Source of the DNA: Hydrolagus affinis
Taxonomy: Eukaryota
NCBI GenBank assembly: GCA_012026655.1
Contig: JAAILG010001499.1
Span: forward strand, 1-64,000
DNA length: 64,000 nucleotides
Direction: 5' to 3'
Shown here: in pieces, positions 38,955 through 51,711 of the stretch
How the letters are laid out: the number at the start of each line of letters is the position of its first letter
How positions within the stretch are numbered: the stretch's first letter is position 1
Notes under the pieces: generated by a model
Told to the model about the DNA's origin: nothing
What the model saw: the letters and a program-made list of their open reading frames with translations, nothing else
The model's database searches: none
Made by a program: the position numbers and the translations under genes

Positions 38955-39754
38955 TGAATACAACAATATCAAGGTTTGACATATAAGGGAGTTAGTCTTC
39001 AAGTTCAAACAACATCTAAAAGCACAGAGTTCAAATAATACAGAGCCAATTCCAAAATGCATTCAAATTCTTTTTATTTCGTATTTCCAAATATGAAAAG
39101 GCTGTTCTTCCCACGTAGTAGAGATCGTTAGTGGATGCTGTACTACCCACACCAACATTTACAATGCGTTGTTGCAGATTTAACTCTGCTAAAACAGAGA
39201 AAAAATGAACACATTCGTAGCGTCGAACAATCAGGTAATTATGCTGCAAATAGTTCAATTTTGAAATAACATAATGTTTTCTTGAAACATGATTCATCGT
39301 GATAACGTATCTCTAACAAAATTGTGTGCAAATCATGGCCTCAGTAATGTACCGTTCTATGCCCACCCACACAGGATTTGTTTTTTGGCACTAACCTCTT
39401 TAATCATGGCCTGCCCTGTTTAGCACAAGGGCTAGTAAATGAAGGGACCCTGTCAGCAAGATAAAAGACAAACATTGCAAGCACCTAAAACAACAATCTC
39501 TGAGCAAGAGTGTCTCTCAGAGCATCTCTCTAGCATCCATTTTAAAGATAATGGTGATTGGTGCTCTCCCAAAACACCAAGCTAAAAGAAGACATTTTAT
39601 TCCAAACCAAATGTAATTACAGTGCAAAGAAAAGCAGTTTGGCATGAAAAATAGCACTTACTAAAGTTGGGACGCAATACACGAAAGTCCTACAAATATT
39701 AATCAGCAAGATTTATTGTGTAATATGTACTACGATATAAAGATTTGTTTTCTT

Positions 39755-40045
39755 TGCCACCAATTTTCTCTCCTACTGACATCATTGACTGTATGTGAAG
39801 AGTTCTCCACAGATCAATACTGTACTGAACCTCACCCAAGTGACTATTCTTCATAGGTAAGTCCAAACAGTGCTCACTGTGCATCTGCAGTCATACATTT
39901 TCAAATCCGAATTATTGATGATCAGGAGCAGGAACCCTGCTATTTTTCCTCTTCCCTATCACAGAAAGACAATTTTGGTGGCCCTCAGCTGAATTAAGAT
40001 AGCTCAGCTCAGACCTTTGGGATGTTCTGGTCTATATGGCCAGAA
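39755..40045 (-). mobile_element. Ancient SINE-like family X
   Basis: caattttctctcc..cctcacccaagtgactattcttcat..gatcaggagcaggaaccctgctatttttcctcttccct..tagctcagctcagac. Confidence 0.6.
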
Positions 40046-40094
40046 GAAATGATTCCAAACTTTGGTTCATTAATTAAGCAATCTGAGAAGGCCA

Positions 40095-40215
40095 CCTTCT
40101 CAAGGGAAAGTGTTCCAAAGTTTCAGGCCATAGTGGCTGAAAGCACGGCCGCTGGTGGTGGAGCGGGGGGGATGAGAGACAAGCAGGTGGCTGGAGCTAG
40201 TGGCTGGAGGAGTGG
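40095..40215 (-). mobile_element. L2 internal fragment
   Basis: gttccaaagtttcaggccatagtggctgaaagcacggccgctgg is homologous to 38848-38900. Confidence 0.7.
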
Positions 40216-42168
40216 GGACTTGTCCGACCTGCTACCTTAACCTTGAAGAATAGATTTTGAAAAAAAAAGTTTACATTTGAAAAACAATTAATCTCAATGC
40301 AAACTTGCAAAATGGCTGGTCACATGCATAATTTATACAACTCTTTTGTGAAGGCTGCTTGAAATTGACATATTTACAATGAATATCTCAGGATGAAATG
40401 AGAGCAAATAAACTCCTTCGCCATCAACAGTTAACATCTCAATTAATACCTCTCAAGACGTGAGTTTCACAAAGTTGATTTTTGTTTCCCATAACCATTT
40501 ACTTTTGGTCCTTGCGTGGGCTAAAAGCCCACCATCTGCCTCATATTTATGTAATCATGGTCCATGATCACATTCCCTTTTGTTCACAGACATAATAATC
40601 TTTCAGATTGGTGCAACTAGACGTGCAATCAATCAATTAAACCGCGGTCTTCCAACACAGCTCATTATAGAAAATGACTGATACCACATAATTATTTCGA
40701 TGCAATCATTGAGAAAATAAAGCAGGTTTAATATTCCAGGATCTCAGCTGGTTATACTTGTGATTTGACAAATACGTGCTTAAAATATCAAAGCAATAAG
40801 TGCAATAAAAATTCCATGTAAAGAATGGGAATGTGTATATTTAATCCAAACTTTTCTTTTAAAAAAATGTTCACACTAATTCGGCACACATTGCATACCT
40901 GTTTATATGCAATTATGTTTCAGGATCTTTCCTCTGTAATCAATTGATGTGTCCTATTCACACAAGGTTAACATCTACCCAATCCTTTTACAAATTATGT
41001 ACTTTCTCCAATTAGAATCTGCGCTGGCAATTGGTTGTGAGTTATGAATGCCTAATGCATAACTACATAAAATATTTTACAACACAGAAGCAATAAACTG
41101 CTAATGTCAAAAACTGTAAAAACTGTAAAAAAAAATCCAAGTTCACACTTAGATCAGAGATGCTACAAATATGCAAATTATGATCACCTTCATATTCCGC
41201 ATACTGGAATATATTAGCTGGATTAATCATTCAGTCCCTCAACAACTTGCTCGAGCTACTTTCAATGTTTTATGGTTCTCTGACAGCATAGTAAAATTTC
41301 AGTGCAATACATTAATGATTGTAGTTAATAATTGATGTAAAAATACTGTATTCCTTTAAGTATTCCTGTAGAGCTGTTTTTGGCCTTCATATAGTTCCCA
41401 TAACAATTCTGAAAACGAGTATACTATTTATGAAATGGAAAGGCAGCCAAACCACTTAATAAAGATGACAATCTAGGACAGTAATAATTCTATTATCTGG
41501 CAGCACTTTCTCAAACTGAGAAACTTAAAGTTAGTTCAAGATTCTATTAGAAGCTCATTACTGGTAGACATTTCATTTATTGCCAATGTTTTATCCAATT
41601 GACTTCACACCAATCAGTTTGCAGCATGCATAGAAATTCATGAACATGCACTTAAAGAAAACTGGGAAAAAAATTTAATCAAATATAGATTTACGCTATT
41701 TCTTGTTGTCAGTTTCACTGCAATTTCTGAACGTGGGCTTCATCACATGAAGTAGTGCAATTAATTTGCATTGTGGTGACAACAATAAACATCTATGCTA
41801 CATATACGTGCACTGTGCATCAGGCAGTAACGTGGTTCAATATGATCTGTAAACACAATACTGCACTGTGCAATTTGTAATTTGTACTCTACAAATATAT
41901 TTGCACAGCCTTGCAGCATTCATTGGGTAACTGCAGTATTGCTTAACCTCACAAGAATATCAAACTGAAAAAAGAGGAATCTTCAGCATTATATTTCTTC
42001 ATTGGTGTGAAGAGAGCCTGAGGAATCCAGATCTTAAAGACAATAAATAAAAGTTTCAAGTACCCTAACTAATTCTCTAAAATAATGTCTGGAGGCTTGT
42101 TTAGTAAAAGCGGCTCTTAATTAGAATATTTACTGCGTTTTCAGAACATCCTCAGCAGTCATCATCAT

Positions 42169-42478
42169 GGAGACCTGTAGCTCAGTGGTCAGAGGAATAG
42201 CCTTACAAGCGAGAGACTTGCGTTTAATTCCCGTCAGGGCGAAACCTTGGGCAAGTTTCCTTACTCCACGAGCCTAATAATAATCACTCAAAAAAACAAT
42301 AATAATTTGGCCGTTTCAATCCACAACTGTTTGTGGTTCACTGCTGTGTGCAATTGGCTGCCATGTTTCACCCACAAATACACAGTCAATTCACTTTACA
42401 GTATATTCTGTGTAGCGCTTTGAGACATCTAGAAGATGTGAAAAGCCCTATATCAAAATGCCTGAGTTATTATTATTT
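42169..42478 (+). mobile_element. tRNA-Ala-derived SINE, full length (subfamily B)
   Basis: ggagacctgtagctcagtggtcagag head, shared body and tail. Confidence 0.9.
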
Positions 42479-43394
42479 ATAATGGTAGAATGGAAAAATC
42501 TATTAAGATTCATAAAGCTAAGAATGCTTCCAACGGCTCATTGGGTATATGCAGCAAACTGTGACGGATACAACAGGAAGGTCACAAATTGTCATGTTCA
42601 GGATACAAAGGATTACATTTTAATAAAGTTTTTACATAATAATGCTAATCCTACATTAGGTGGCATACGAGTTACAACAAAGACAATTCTTAGAATAATA
42701 ATTGCTTCTGTCAGCCATTGGCATCATGAATCATTCGTTTGTGGTCCAGCATACTGTACCTTAGAAAAATCACCAGGCTAGCAAAACACAGATGATTTAT
42801 AGAGTAATGTTTTTGGAGCGAGGGGATTGATTACCTTCCTGACTGAATGTAATTTTGTTGGGTAAAGTTCACAAAGACTGCCGTCTTATAACTTGTCTGA
42901 GGGATCATTCTTTATGTCCAAGACTGGACAGATAGTGTGGATACACGAGGTTACGGGGCTCTGTCAAACCAGTTTAGACACAAGTAATTTTTACAAAAAA
43001 GAGTTAAATCATCTAAAATTGGTCCCTACGGGTTACTGGCTGCTGTACTATTCTGGTTAGATTGCTGCTGTAAAACGGTTCACCAAACTTCCGGCCTGTG
43101 AGTATCAGCTGTCCTACTTAACAGAAAATATGTTCCAGATTTCTGCTTCCAACAGAGAGTAGAACCCCCCACTGGGATAAGATTACCAGGTTTCACCTAC
43201 TGCTAACTCAAGTTTACCCCCTAGGAACACAATGGAAGGAAATGCCCCAAATCTGTCCTTAAAATTCATAGAAAATACTCTTGCGTATAGATTTGCAGGT
43301 AGTCAATAAAACCTGAATATTTAATCAAATCTCTTAGTTATGCTATATTCCCCTTATGGAATACCAAATGTATTTTAACATACTGTTGTTTCAT

Positions 43395-43745
43395 TTATGG
43401 CTCAATAGATAGAGAAGTGCATATGTTATTGACAAACCAGAAAAGTCTCATGTTCAATCTCTGGCCTATGTACTGTATTGAGTAAACTGATCTCACCTGG
43501 TCAGTGATAAAGACTGCAAACGAATGGAAGAAATGTACACATCACTCGATCACTTGTTGCAAATCCACCCATTTGGCTGACATTGGATTTGGCTGCAAAG
43601 GGTACATCATCAAATAGTTGATAACAAGCACTGTCCAGGCTCACAAGTTCAAAAGCTTGCACACTTGAATCGGGTAATGGAGGCCTGTTGCACTCTGCAG
43701 AACTGTAGCATAGCAACAAACCTTCACTTCTTGGAAGAAAGCTGG
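43395..43745 (+). mobile_element. Ancient SINE-like family X with residual tRNA-like head
   Basis: tggctcaatag (A-box-like), tgttcaatctctggc (B-box-like), ttgagtaaactgatctca, cactgtccaggctcaca. Confidence 0.55.
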
Positions 43746-44034
43746 CACAATAGGAGGTATTTATTTTCGAAGGAATGTCATGTTCAAAAAGGAATTATCA
43801 AAGCCTCAATCCACTGTTCAAAATCATAGATTGCAGGCACGAAAATATGATTGCAATATTTGTGTATACAGTCATGACAATGAATAGAATGTATCTAATC
43901 TCTCTCAACACTTTGCTGCAATCAGATTGCAATGCATTAAAAGTAGATGTTCTTTAAATTAGTAAAACTTTGGTTAAACTGGACAAAACAAGACGAAATT
44001 GCAAACAGCCAACATGAAATGCAAATAACTGCAA

Positions 44035-44508
44035 AATAATAATAATAATGCTTGCATTTGATATAGCACCTTATGCAGTCAATTCTCCTAATCTCCTACT
44101 CTCCTTCATCCTGCCCCTACCCCTCCCACCTTGCTCTTGTCCCTACCTGACTGTACAGCGCCTTGGGACGTCTTCTCAATGTGAAAGGCTCTATATAAAT
44201 GTAAGTTTTGATTGGTTGATTGATTGATTGATTGATTATCACATCTCCTAGATGTTTCAAAGCTTCTCAGAATATAATGTAAAGTGAATTGACTCTATAT
44301 TTGTGGGCGAAACACGGCAGCCAATTGTGCACAGCAGTGTCCCGCTAACAGTCATGGATTGAAATGACCAATTTTATTATTTTGTTTTCTTTTCGGAGGG
44401 ATTATTATTAGGTGTGTGGAGTAATGAAACTTGTTCAAGGTTTTACCCTGACCTGCCTGGATTCGAACAACATGTAAGGCGAGTGGCTCTAACCGCTGAG
44501 CTACAGGA
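44035..44508 (-). mobile_element. tRNA-derived SINE (subfamily A) interrupted by an L2 tail
   Basis: Tail at 44035-44074, body resumes at 44236 and runs to the head ctaaccgctgagctacagga. Confidence 0.88.
44075..44235 (+). mobile_element. L2 3'UTR fragment with (ATTG)n tail, nested in a SINE
   Basis: gtacagcgccttgggacgtcttctcaatgtgaaaggctctatataaatgtaag stem-loop; TTAT on both sides. Confidence 0.8.
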
Positions 44509-45664
44509 CGAAGATTCATTATATTTTAAAACACCATCAAATTTGACAAGCTATCAACATACAAAATTACGTTTGCATAGCACCTTTCGTGGAGGTAAAT
44601 CTGTTAGAACAGCTCTGCTAAGTTAATGTTTAATTGTATGCTTGGATGGAAATAGCCATAAAAGTTTTAATGTTTAGTGTGTGTTAAGCACCATGACATG
44701 TTGTAGTATCATTCGATTTTGCATTTTGGCACCACCTGGTGAAACAGAGTGAATAGACTCCATCCAACCCTGGCTGCAGTGGATTGGATTTAATTATAAC
44801 ACTTCGCAAGTGATTGAAGGTCTGCACTTCTACCCACGTATATAAATGCGGTGGAACCGTCTAATCTGTTGAATTAACAAGAGTACCGTGTCACAAGAGC
44901 AACAACAAATCCGTCAACTGGTGCTTGAAGAGTTAAGCATCTATATATAGTGCACACTAGGCTCTTAATTCCCTTCTAATTCTGCTTTACTTCTGCAATA
45001 TAATTCCCTCATTACGACAGAGCTGTCAACCCTGGCAAAATGCTCAGAATGATATTTAGGATTTTAAAACAAAATGTCCTAGATTGTAAAGCTATTTAAA
45101 CAAATGTTGCTGCATTTTTTTTAATTTCAGAGTGAATACATCAAACTAGGTTATATATTACACCAAGAGGAGCCACAGTATTCTCATTCCAAATGAGCAA
45201 GGCTCAATAGGATATATTATGATCTCCCATGATCATGTGTCATTGACTCTGGGATTGGCAGCACAAGATCCCCTTTGGTTTTAATCAATGTCATTTCAGC
45301 TCTACTTGTAATTAGCATGGTTTTCATTTTATTGATTGGATACTGTTTAAATAAATACTGTGGAAAAATTTTCTGCCACATCCGGACTTACCTCTCTTCG
45401 CAGTTCAACCAACAGGGAATTTACATGGTAAATTTAAACTGTGCGACACAAAGTCAAAGTAAATTTACCATGAAAATAACTCAATTTGCAGCAAAGCGTA
45501 AATACAGAAGATAGACAGGCTGTTAATTAATCTTGGGGATTTAGGAAAGAACTAGAGGCCAATTGGTCATTACTATAATGACTTGCCATCCAGTTTTTAA
45601 TAAATGCATGTGTTAGTATTACTCACAGAATTCTGTATTTTAAAAACTATGGGAAAATATATTT

Positions 45665-45900
45665 GCAAAGGGACTTTGTCAAATCCAACTACAAACAGAC
45701 CTGCAATACACAACTCTTCCTCCTCTGAAAATTGACGTTTTGCAAATGGCTAGCATGTTATGTGACAAATCTGTCAACATACAAGGCTGCCCCAAACCCA
45801 TTTATAACTGTCTTATTCATTCGTTGTCCCTGCTCCCTCCCATGGAGATAGTTCCATCATAGAGCTGATGACTAAATAACCTGTATTTGTCAACAAACCC
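45665..45900 (-). mobile_element. Ancient CR1-type reverse transcriptase fragment
   Basis: Minus-strand remnants in the expected order: caaatacaggttatttagtcatcagctc (NYRPVSLTS-like), gggtttggggcagccttgtatgttgacagat (GF..G.SC.T), ggatttgacaaagtccc (FDKVP). Confidence 0.45.
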
Positions 45901-46348
45901 ATGGGACATACAGATGAATGGATTTGCGGAATTTATTAAAATTCATGAACCAGAACTAAATGTCCTACTGTTCCAAGAGTAGGACTCTAGAGCTGTTCTT
46001 GTTGCATTCCCACACGAGTACATTTTAACCATTTATCACAGTTAGTGTAATGGTCGACTCCTATGTTCCCCTCGTGGTGTGAAACCCAGGAACTTTTGAT
46101 ACTTAGGATTTTCCATAAATCCGCTGGCTTACTATGTGGTTCAACAAGTTTAACATCAAAAGAGAAGTCTTCATGACCATAAAGTAGCCATACACTAAAG
46201 TATTAACAATTCAATTATATATATTTGAACAATATTATGGCATTTTGATCATTTTCTTTGGCTACGCGTTTTATTTTAATTTCTTGGAGAAAACTTGCAA
46301 TCCCTTATAGTGCAAATTGGAAAAAGTAGATTTGCTGGTCTCATTCAC

Positions 46349-46700
46349 ACAACAACAAATTACATTTGTATAGCACCTATCCCATCAGGAAGACATTGCA
46401 AGGTGCTGGACAGTCAAGAATCCACACCCAAGCTGGTGGTTGTGATCAGGAGGGGTGGAGTGGCGGGGAGGGTAGGGGTAGGAGGTTATCGGAAGAAACA
46501 GTCGAAAAGGAGGGTCTTGAAGGAGGCAAGGAAGGGGGAGGAGAGGTGGAGGGTCCATGGAATGGGGGTTCCATAGGGCCAGAGGGTGGGGATGGAGAGG
46601 CTGAAGGCCTGCACACCAATGGTGGGGCAGGAAAGATGGGAGACGTGAAGCAGGCCAGAGCCTACTGAGCAGAGGGAGTGGACAAGTTGGTAGGTTAGGA
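46349..46700 (-). mobile_element. L2 LINE 3' fragment
   Basis: Tail acaacaacaaattacatttgtatagcacc; cagtcgaaaaggagggtcttgaaggaggcaagg (LASFKTLLFD); gagaggctgaaggcctgcacaccaatgg (IGVQAFSLS). Confidence 0.8.
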
Positions 46701-47567
46701 TATCACAGAGGTGTATATAACTCTTCTTTGTGGGTGCTATATTAATTCTTAACTAGTTTTTCAAGCTTGTAGAACTGAAAACTAGTCCTCAGTGCATTGT
46801 ATGCCTCAATTCCCCCTTTCCACTCTCATTAATCAACTGTTGCTTGCCTTTAAATATTCATACAGGATATTAATGCAAGTAAAGCGAGCTCCATATTCAC
46901 AGCGGGACATTCAACTGTAAATTCTCCACTTAACCCTCCAAAGACTACTTTGAATGCATTTGTTTCCTTAAGGAAAGATCATGCTGAGTAAAATGCAGCA
47001 CAACAGTAAAAAATTGACTTTCCTGTTTGATGTCTGCAATGTTTGCTGTACACTACCCGGCAGTTACAGTTTTGCCTTTTCAATTTCATTGCTCCATTTT
47101 TGTTGTTATGATCTTTACATCTAATGTCTGAAACCAACCAGATAAAAACATAATAGAAGTAGACAGAAACGGGATTATCAAACTTGTAGAAATGACGCTT
47201 GTATTCATGTTAAGAAGTTATAACTTTCCTTGAGATTACCTTTAGTCATCGCTTTGACCTCAATACACCACACAAAAGTCACTGGAACATGCTCAATAAA
47301 CAATTTTTAGGGGATCAGTCGGGTGTATGAGACATGCGAAAACCCATCGCCATGCTTAAAAATATCCAAAGCAAACTGAGAATTCCATACATCCCACCTA
47401 CTCATGAAAATTCCAGAGGCAGATTTTTGGAATGGAATGTGCACTCACTCCCTGAAGGGTCATCCTGTCTACCTATTTCCATAAAATATTAAGCGCAGGT
47501 TGGCAAAAGTCAAGGCGTGTATGCTTTGAGTCTAAGCAGCGAAAACCGAATAGGGATCGAGGTGATA

Positions 47568-47650
47568 CAGTAAAACCTCGATAATCCGACATCCCGAAAG
47601 CTAGCAACTCTTGAAAACCGCAATATTTCAAAATACATACGGTATTAGAT
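47568..47650. mobile_element. Solitary Tigger-like terminus
   Basis: TA|CAGTAAAACCTCGATAATCCGACATCCCG is a Tigger-type TIR start; I found no partner TIR. Confidence 0.45.
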
Positions 47651-49027
47651 TTTTTCCCGGCAAATCTCACAAAGTTTGGATAAATTTATGAAAGTTTGGC
47701 AAGTTCGATCAAACAGCAGATCTTTATTTGATCAATGTATTTTATTTGTTGCCCAAAGATTTTAACTGCTTGAGAACAATCCAACGAATTTGATCCATAT
47801 AATGAGACACATGATACACAGCAGCACCATTCTGTTATCTACAAATCACTTGCGTGGTAATCAGAAGTAGAGTGTAACTAAAACTCAAATTGCAGTCTCC
47901 GATTCCGAGCAGAATGTTCACTTCATTAGCACTTTCAAGTAGACATACTCCAAATAAAACGATGAAATGCTTCTCATCCCTTGCAAATTTTTCTTGTGAA
48001 TTACTGCTTCTTAATCCAATGCTAATGTGATTAAAAACAGCATTTCGTCAATCTGGATGCAACCGCCAGAGTCAGTGTTCAGTCACGGTGGTCAGGTACT
48101 TTGGCAGCTGTGACACTGAGCCCATTTTATCTGTCCCCATTTAGCACAGTGCCTTTGAAATGAGCTCAGACTGCGGGTGATTGAAGCACAGTGAGTGTCT
48201 CCTGCCCATGGATGTAGTAATGTAGAAAATAAGATCAGATCAAGCAATAAATATTCCCTGGTTTTTGTCGTTTAGTTTATTTTCTGTGACAATTCAAAAC
48301 ACAAAATGAAACTGTGGTAACATCTTAACAGAATCAAGTTAGCCATTATGCAACACAATACAATGTACATTTATGTACTGCATTTCATATCAGGAGGATG
48401 TCTCAAAGTCCTTATGCTGCTAGTCCTCGGCTGATATATTCCTTTATAATACAATGGGGAAAGAGATGGCACATTCTGTGTAGCGATTAATTTATGAATT
48501 TGTTTTGGTAATGATCAGTCCGTTATGATTAAACAAAACAGTTTCTTAAAAATGTCTTTGTGAGGTTTATTCATGTCATTTATGCCACTCAACAACCACT
48601 TTGAATTCTGCTTTTGAAATGAGTTGTAAATTCATAAACGGCAAATATGCTGTACTATTAGCCCAAATGTTTCAAGACAGATTCTTCAAGATCATTTTTT
48701 TTTTGTAAGATGACAGATTCCAAGGCATCAGTGTTAGGATCGATGTGCTCCTGTGGATGACCTCACTGCAGTTGACTTGTGCCAAATTTGCTATAGAAAA
48801 CTGACTTATAATTATGAATCAAAACATGGAACAAATGCACTTAACAGCACATTAAAACTTAAGCGCTATTAAATTTCTGTCCAACTGAGAAACAACAAGT
48901 CGACCATCTGACCAACTAAATGCTCAGGATATAATTGCGTGCTCACAGAGAGGTGCAAAATTCAATCCAGGAATACAATGGGCAAGTGAAATCCTGCAGC
49001 TCCGTGGTTAGAGTACTCACTTTACAA

Positions 49028-49305
49028 CAACAACAACAAGAGTTCTGTATTAATTGCAACCTATGGAGGGAGGAATTGGGAGGACCGACAAGCAGGGCAT
49101 TTGCGTAGTCGAGCCGGGATGTAACAAAGGCATCAATGAGGGTTTCAGCAGCCCTTGGTATGGTAATGGCGGAGTTGGATAATATTGCGGAAGTCAGGGA
49201 AGGCTTAGATGTGGGGGAAGAAAGACAGTTGAGGATCAAACAAGACACCAAGATTCCTGACTGGTTTGGTGAGGTCAATTGAGCAACCATGGAGGTTGAT
49301 GATAC
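49028..49305 (-). mobile_element. L2 ORF2 fragment (post-RT region) joined directly to a (TTG)n tail
   Basis: VRNLGVLFDPQLSFFPHI and AAETLIDAFVTSRLDYANALLVGPPNSSLHRLQLIQNS are diagnostic L2 motifs. Confidence 0.9.
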
Positions 49306-49461
49306 CAAGCGAGAGACCTGGGTTTGATTCCAGGCAGGGAAATACCTTGGGCAAGTTTACTGACTCCACACACCTGATAATAATCCCTCAAGAAAATAAA
49401 GCAATAATAAATTTGTCATTTCAATCCACAACTGTTTGTGGGACAATGCTAATTGTGGGAC

Positions 49462-49853
49462 AATTAGGGGAGATCTTATTGAAACATATAAGATTCTTAA
49501 AGGGCTGGATAAAGTAGACAGTGAGGGACTGTTTCCCCTGGTAGGAGCCCTGTAACCAGGGGTCATAATCTTAAAATTAAGGGTCAGCCTTTTAGAACAG
49601 AGTTGAGGAAATATTTCTTCACTCAGAGGATAGTGAATTTAAGGAATTCACTAACCCCAGAAGGCTGTAGATGCTCAGTCCTTGAACATTTTTAAGGCTG
49701 AGACTGATAGATTTTTTTAAAAATAGAGGGATTAGGGGATATGGGGATAGGGCAGGTAATTAGAGTTAGGTCAGAAGATCAGCCAAGATCTTATCAAATG
49801 GTGGGGCAGGCTCAAGGGGCTGAATAGCCTACTCCTGCTCCTAATTCTTATGT
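49462..49853 (+). mobile_element. CR1 LINE, 5'-truncated, nested in a SINE
   Basis: Closely similar to 22527-22917; TSD aatgct at 49445-49450 and 49854-49859. Confidence 0.93.
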
Positions 49854-51323
49854 AATGCTGTGCGCAATTGGCTGCTGCATTTAGCCCACAAATATACAGT
49901 CCATTCATAGTACAGTATATTCTGTGAAGTGCTTTGAGACGTCCAGAAGAGATGATAAGGCATTATATCAAATGCAAGGAAGATCATGATTATTATTATT
50001 ATGAATTGTGCCCAAAGCTTAAAACAAATGTATGAAAAATATATAGTTCTACATTAGCAAACTCACTATTAAAGGGGATCCAAATGTATGGAACGAGAGT
50101 TATAGTTTTGCATGCAAATGAGGGTAATAGTCTCACAAGATTTTGATGCAAGACGTGTGTGCAAAGATAGAAGATCTAGGCGAAAATGGGAAGGGCATTT
50201 TGAAAACTCTCGTGACATATAACTTGCAGAATTCATCTTACCACTTCTTTATTTAGTAAATAAAATCAAGCGCACATTGCTGTAACCTGATGTACATCAG
50301 TTATTTTAGCTAAAGCTCCCAAAATACCGTGATTTCACAGCTGGTCCTTCCTTAACAAGCCATTTAAAATGCCTACACAAACACTTGACACCAGCCAAAA
50401 ACATACAGCTCATAATAGACAGTCAAATGTTCTTGGTTGCTAAACATGGAGTAGATAAGAATACCCTGTACCAATTATAAAACATGTATCATACATCACA
50501 TTAACTTGTATCCCTTCACAATTTCATATTTGTTCCACTGGCTTCATTGATTTCCTTAGAATTTAGCAACCTTTGCCAAAACAGTTATAACTACATCCAT
50601 AGAGTGGAATGCTTTAATGTAAGGTAAAATAAACCGTTTCTAAATGAGTCTAATGACAAGTGCTAGTCTAACCACTTCTAATCAATCGGGTTACGACCTT
50701 TTATCTTAATTGTTGATAGTGAGATGCATCACGTGGTACATTTTAACAGTTTCTTAACTGTGCCTCTAGACTTTTCTGACATCTTTGTTAATCTCAGTTA
50801 AATGAGCTATTAGGATGGGTAAGAGAGTGTGAATGTTATCAGTGCTTCTAAAACAACTAACCAGTAAATGGAGAAATCTTAGAAGGAGCGTGGGTTTGAG
50901 AAACCTTCACATGAGGTTTATTTGCATTATTTAATTCCAAATTAAAAGGAAACATGATTTTCATACACAGTATTCTCAAATGTGCTCTTTTAACCTAATG
51001 AATGTAATTCAAGATGTTCTCAATGATCTGGAGTATTCAAGGACTTTGAGCACACAAACACTGATTGAATTTTCCTCTTTGGCAAAACAAAATAGGCTGG
51101 AGGATGCATTTTTAGTAAACTGATAAAATAAAATTCTTCAACACCTGTTTGTCAGTGTTGACTGAAAAAGTGTGACCTCATTAAGCCTGTGGGGAAGGAC
51201 AGATATACCTGCGCGATAAGTGAGGCCAGAAGGAATTTCTTTGTTAACCAATCGTTTGAACACATACCTATATATCAAGAGTGACTGTTAACCAGAGGAC
51301 AGTGCATTTTTTGCAGATGCATT

Positions 51324-51390
51324 AGCACCTTGGGACGTCCTCCCGATGTGAAAGGCGCTCTATAAATGTAATTTTGTTGTATTTTGTTGT
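51324..51390 (+). mobile_element. L2 3' stem-loop-only insertion
   Basis: agcaccttgggacgtcctcccgatgtgaaaggcgctctataaatgtaa..ttgttgt matches the L2 end at 62350-62423. Confidence 0.8.
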
Positions 51391-51454
51391 AAAGGCCATC
51401 TCCATCAATGTTAACTCATATCACTCAGTGAGAGGTGGGGGAGTGATATTAAAC

Positions 51455-51685
51455 AAGGTGGCGTTGGGATAATTAACATGTCCAGCAGAAAAGGAAGTGT
51501 CTATCTGTGTCCTGGTCAATAGTCTTCCAGATAATAGTGGTCATTCACTTCATGGCTATTGGTGGGACATTGATGTGCACATTTGCCGATAAAATACACA
51601 AGCACCGAACTTCAGGATAAATCCCATGAAACACTTTGAGGTGTCCTCTGGCACGAAAGGTTTCATGTCAGTTGCAAGGGTTATT
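51455..51685 (+). mobile_element. Deu-domain SINE relic
   Basis: tgtgtcctggtcaata..tggtcatt..tggtgggacattgatgtgcaca..tgaaacactttgaggtgtcc..gaaagg. Confidence 0.55.
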
Positions 51686-51711
51686 TTTCTGACTAACTGG
51701 TTAAAAACCCC

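Larger units (their letters stand above)
48988..50000 (+). mobile_element. tRNA-derived SINE split into three parts (48988-49027, 49306-49450, 49854-50000) by L2 and CR1 insertions
   Basis: The three pieces join into a complete SINE colinear with 51992-52297. Confidence 0.9.

Noticed and set aside
42480-43230. 107-aa ORF and downstream sequence as a possible retroelement integrase relic
   Set aside because: The ORF starts in a SINE tail and I found no convincing catalytic motifs in any frame.
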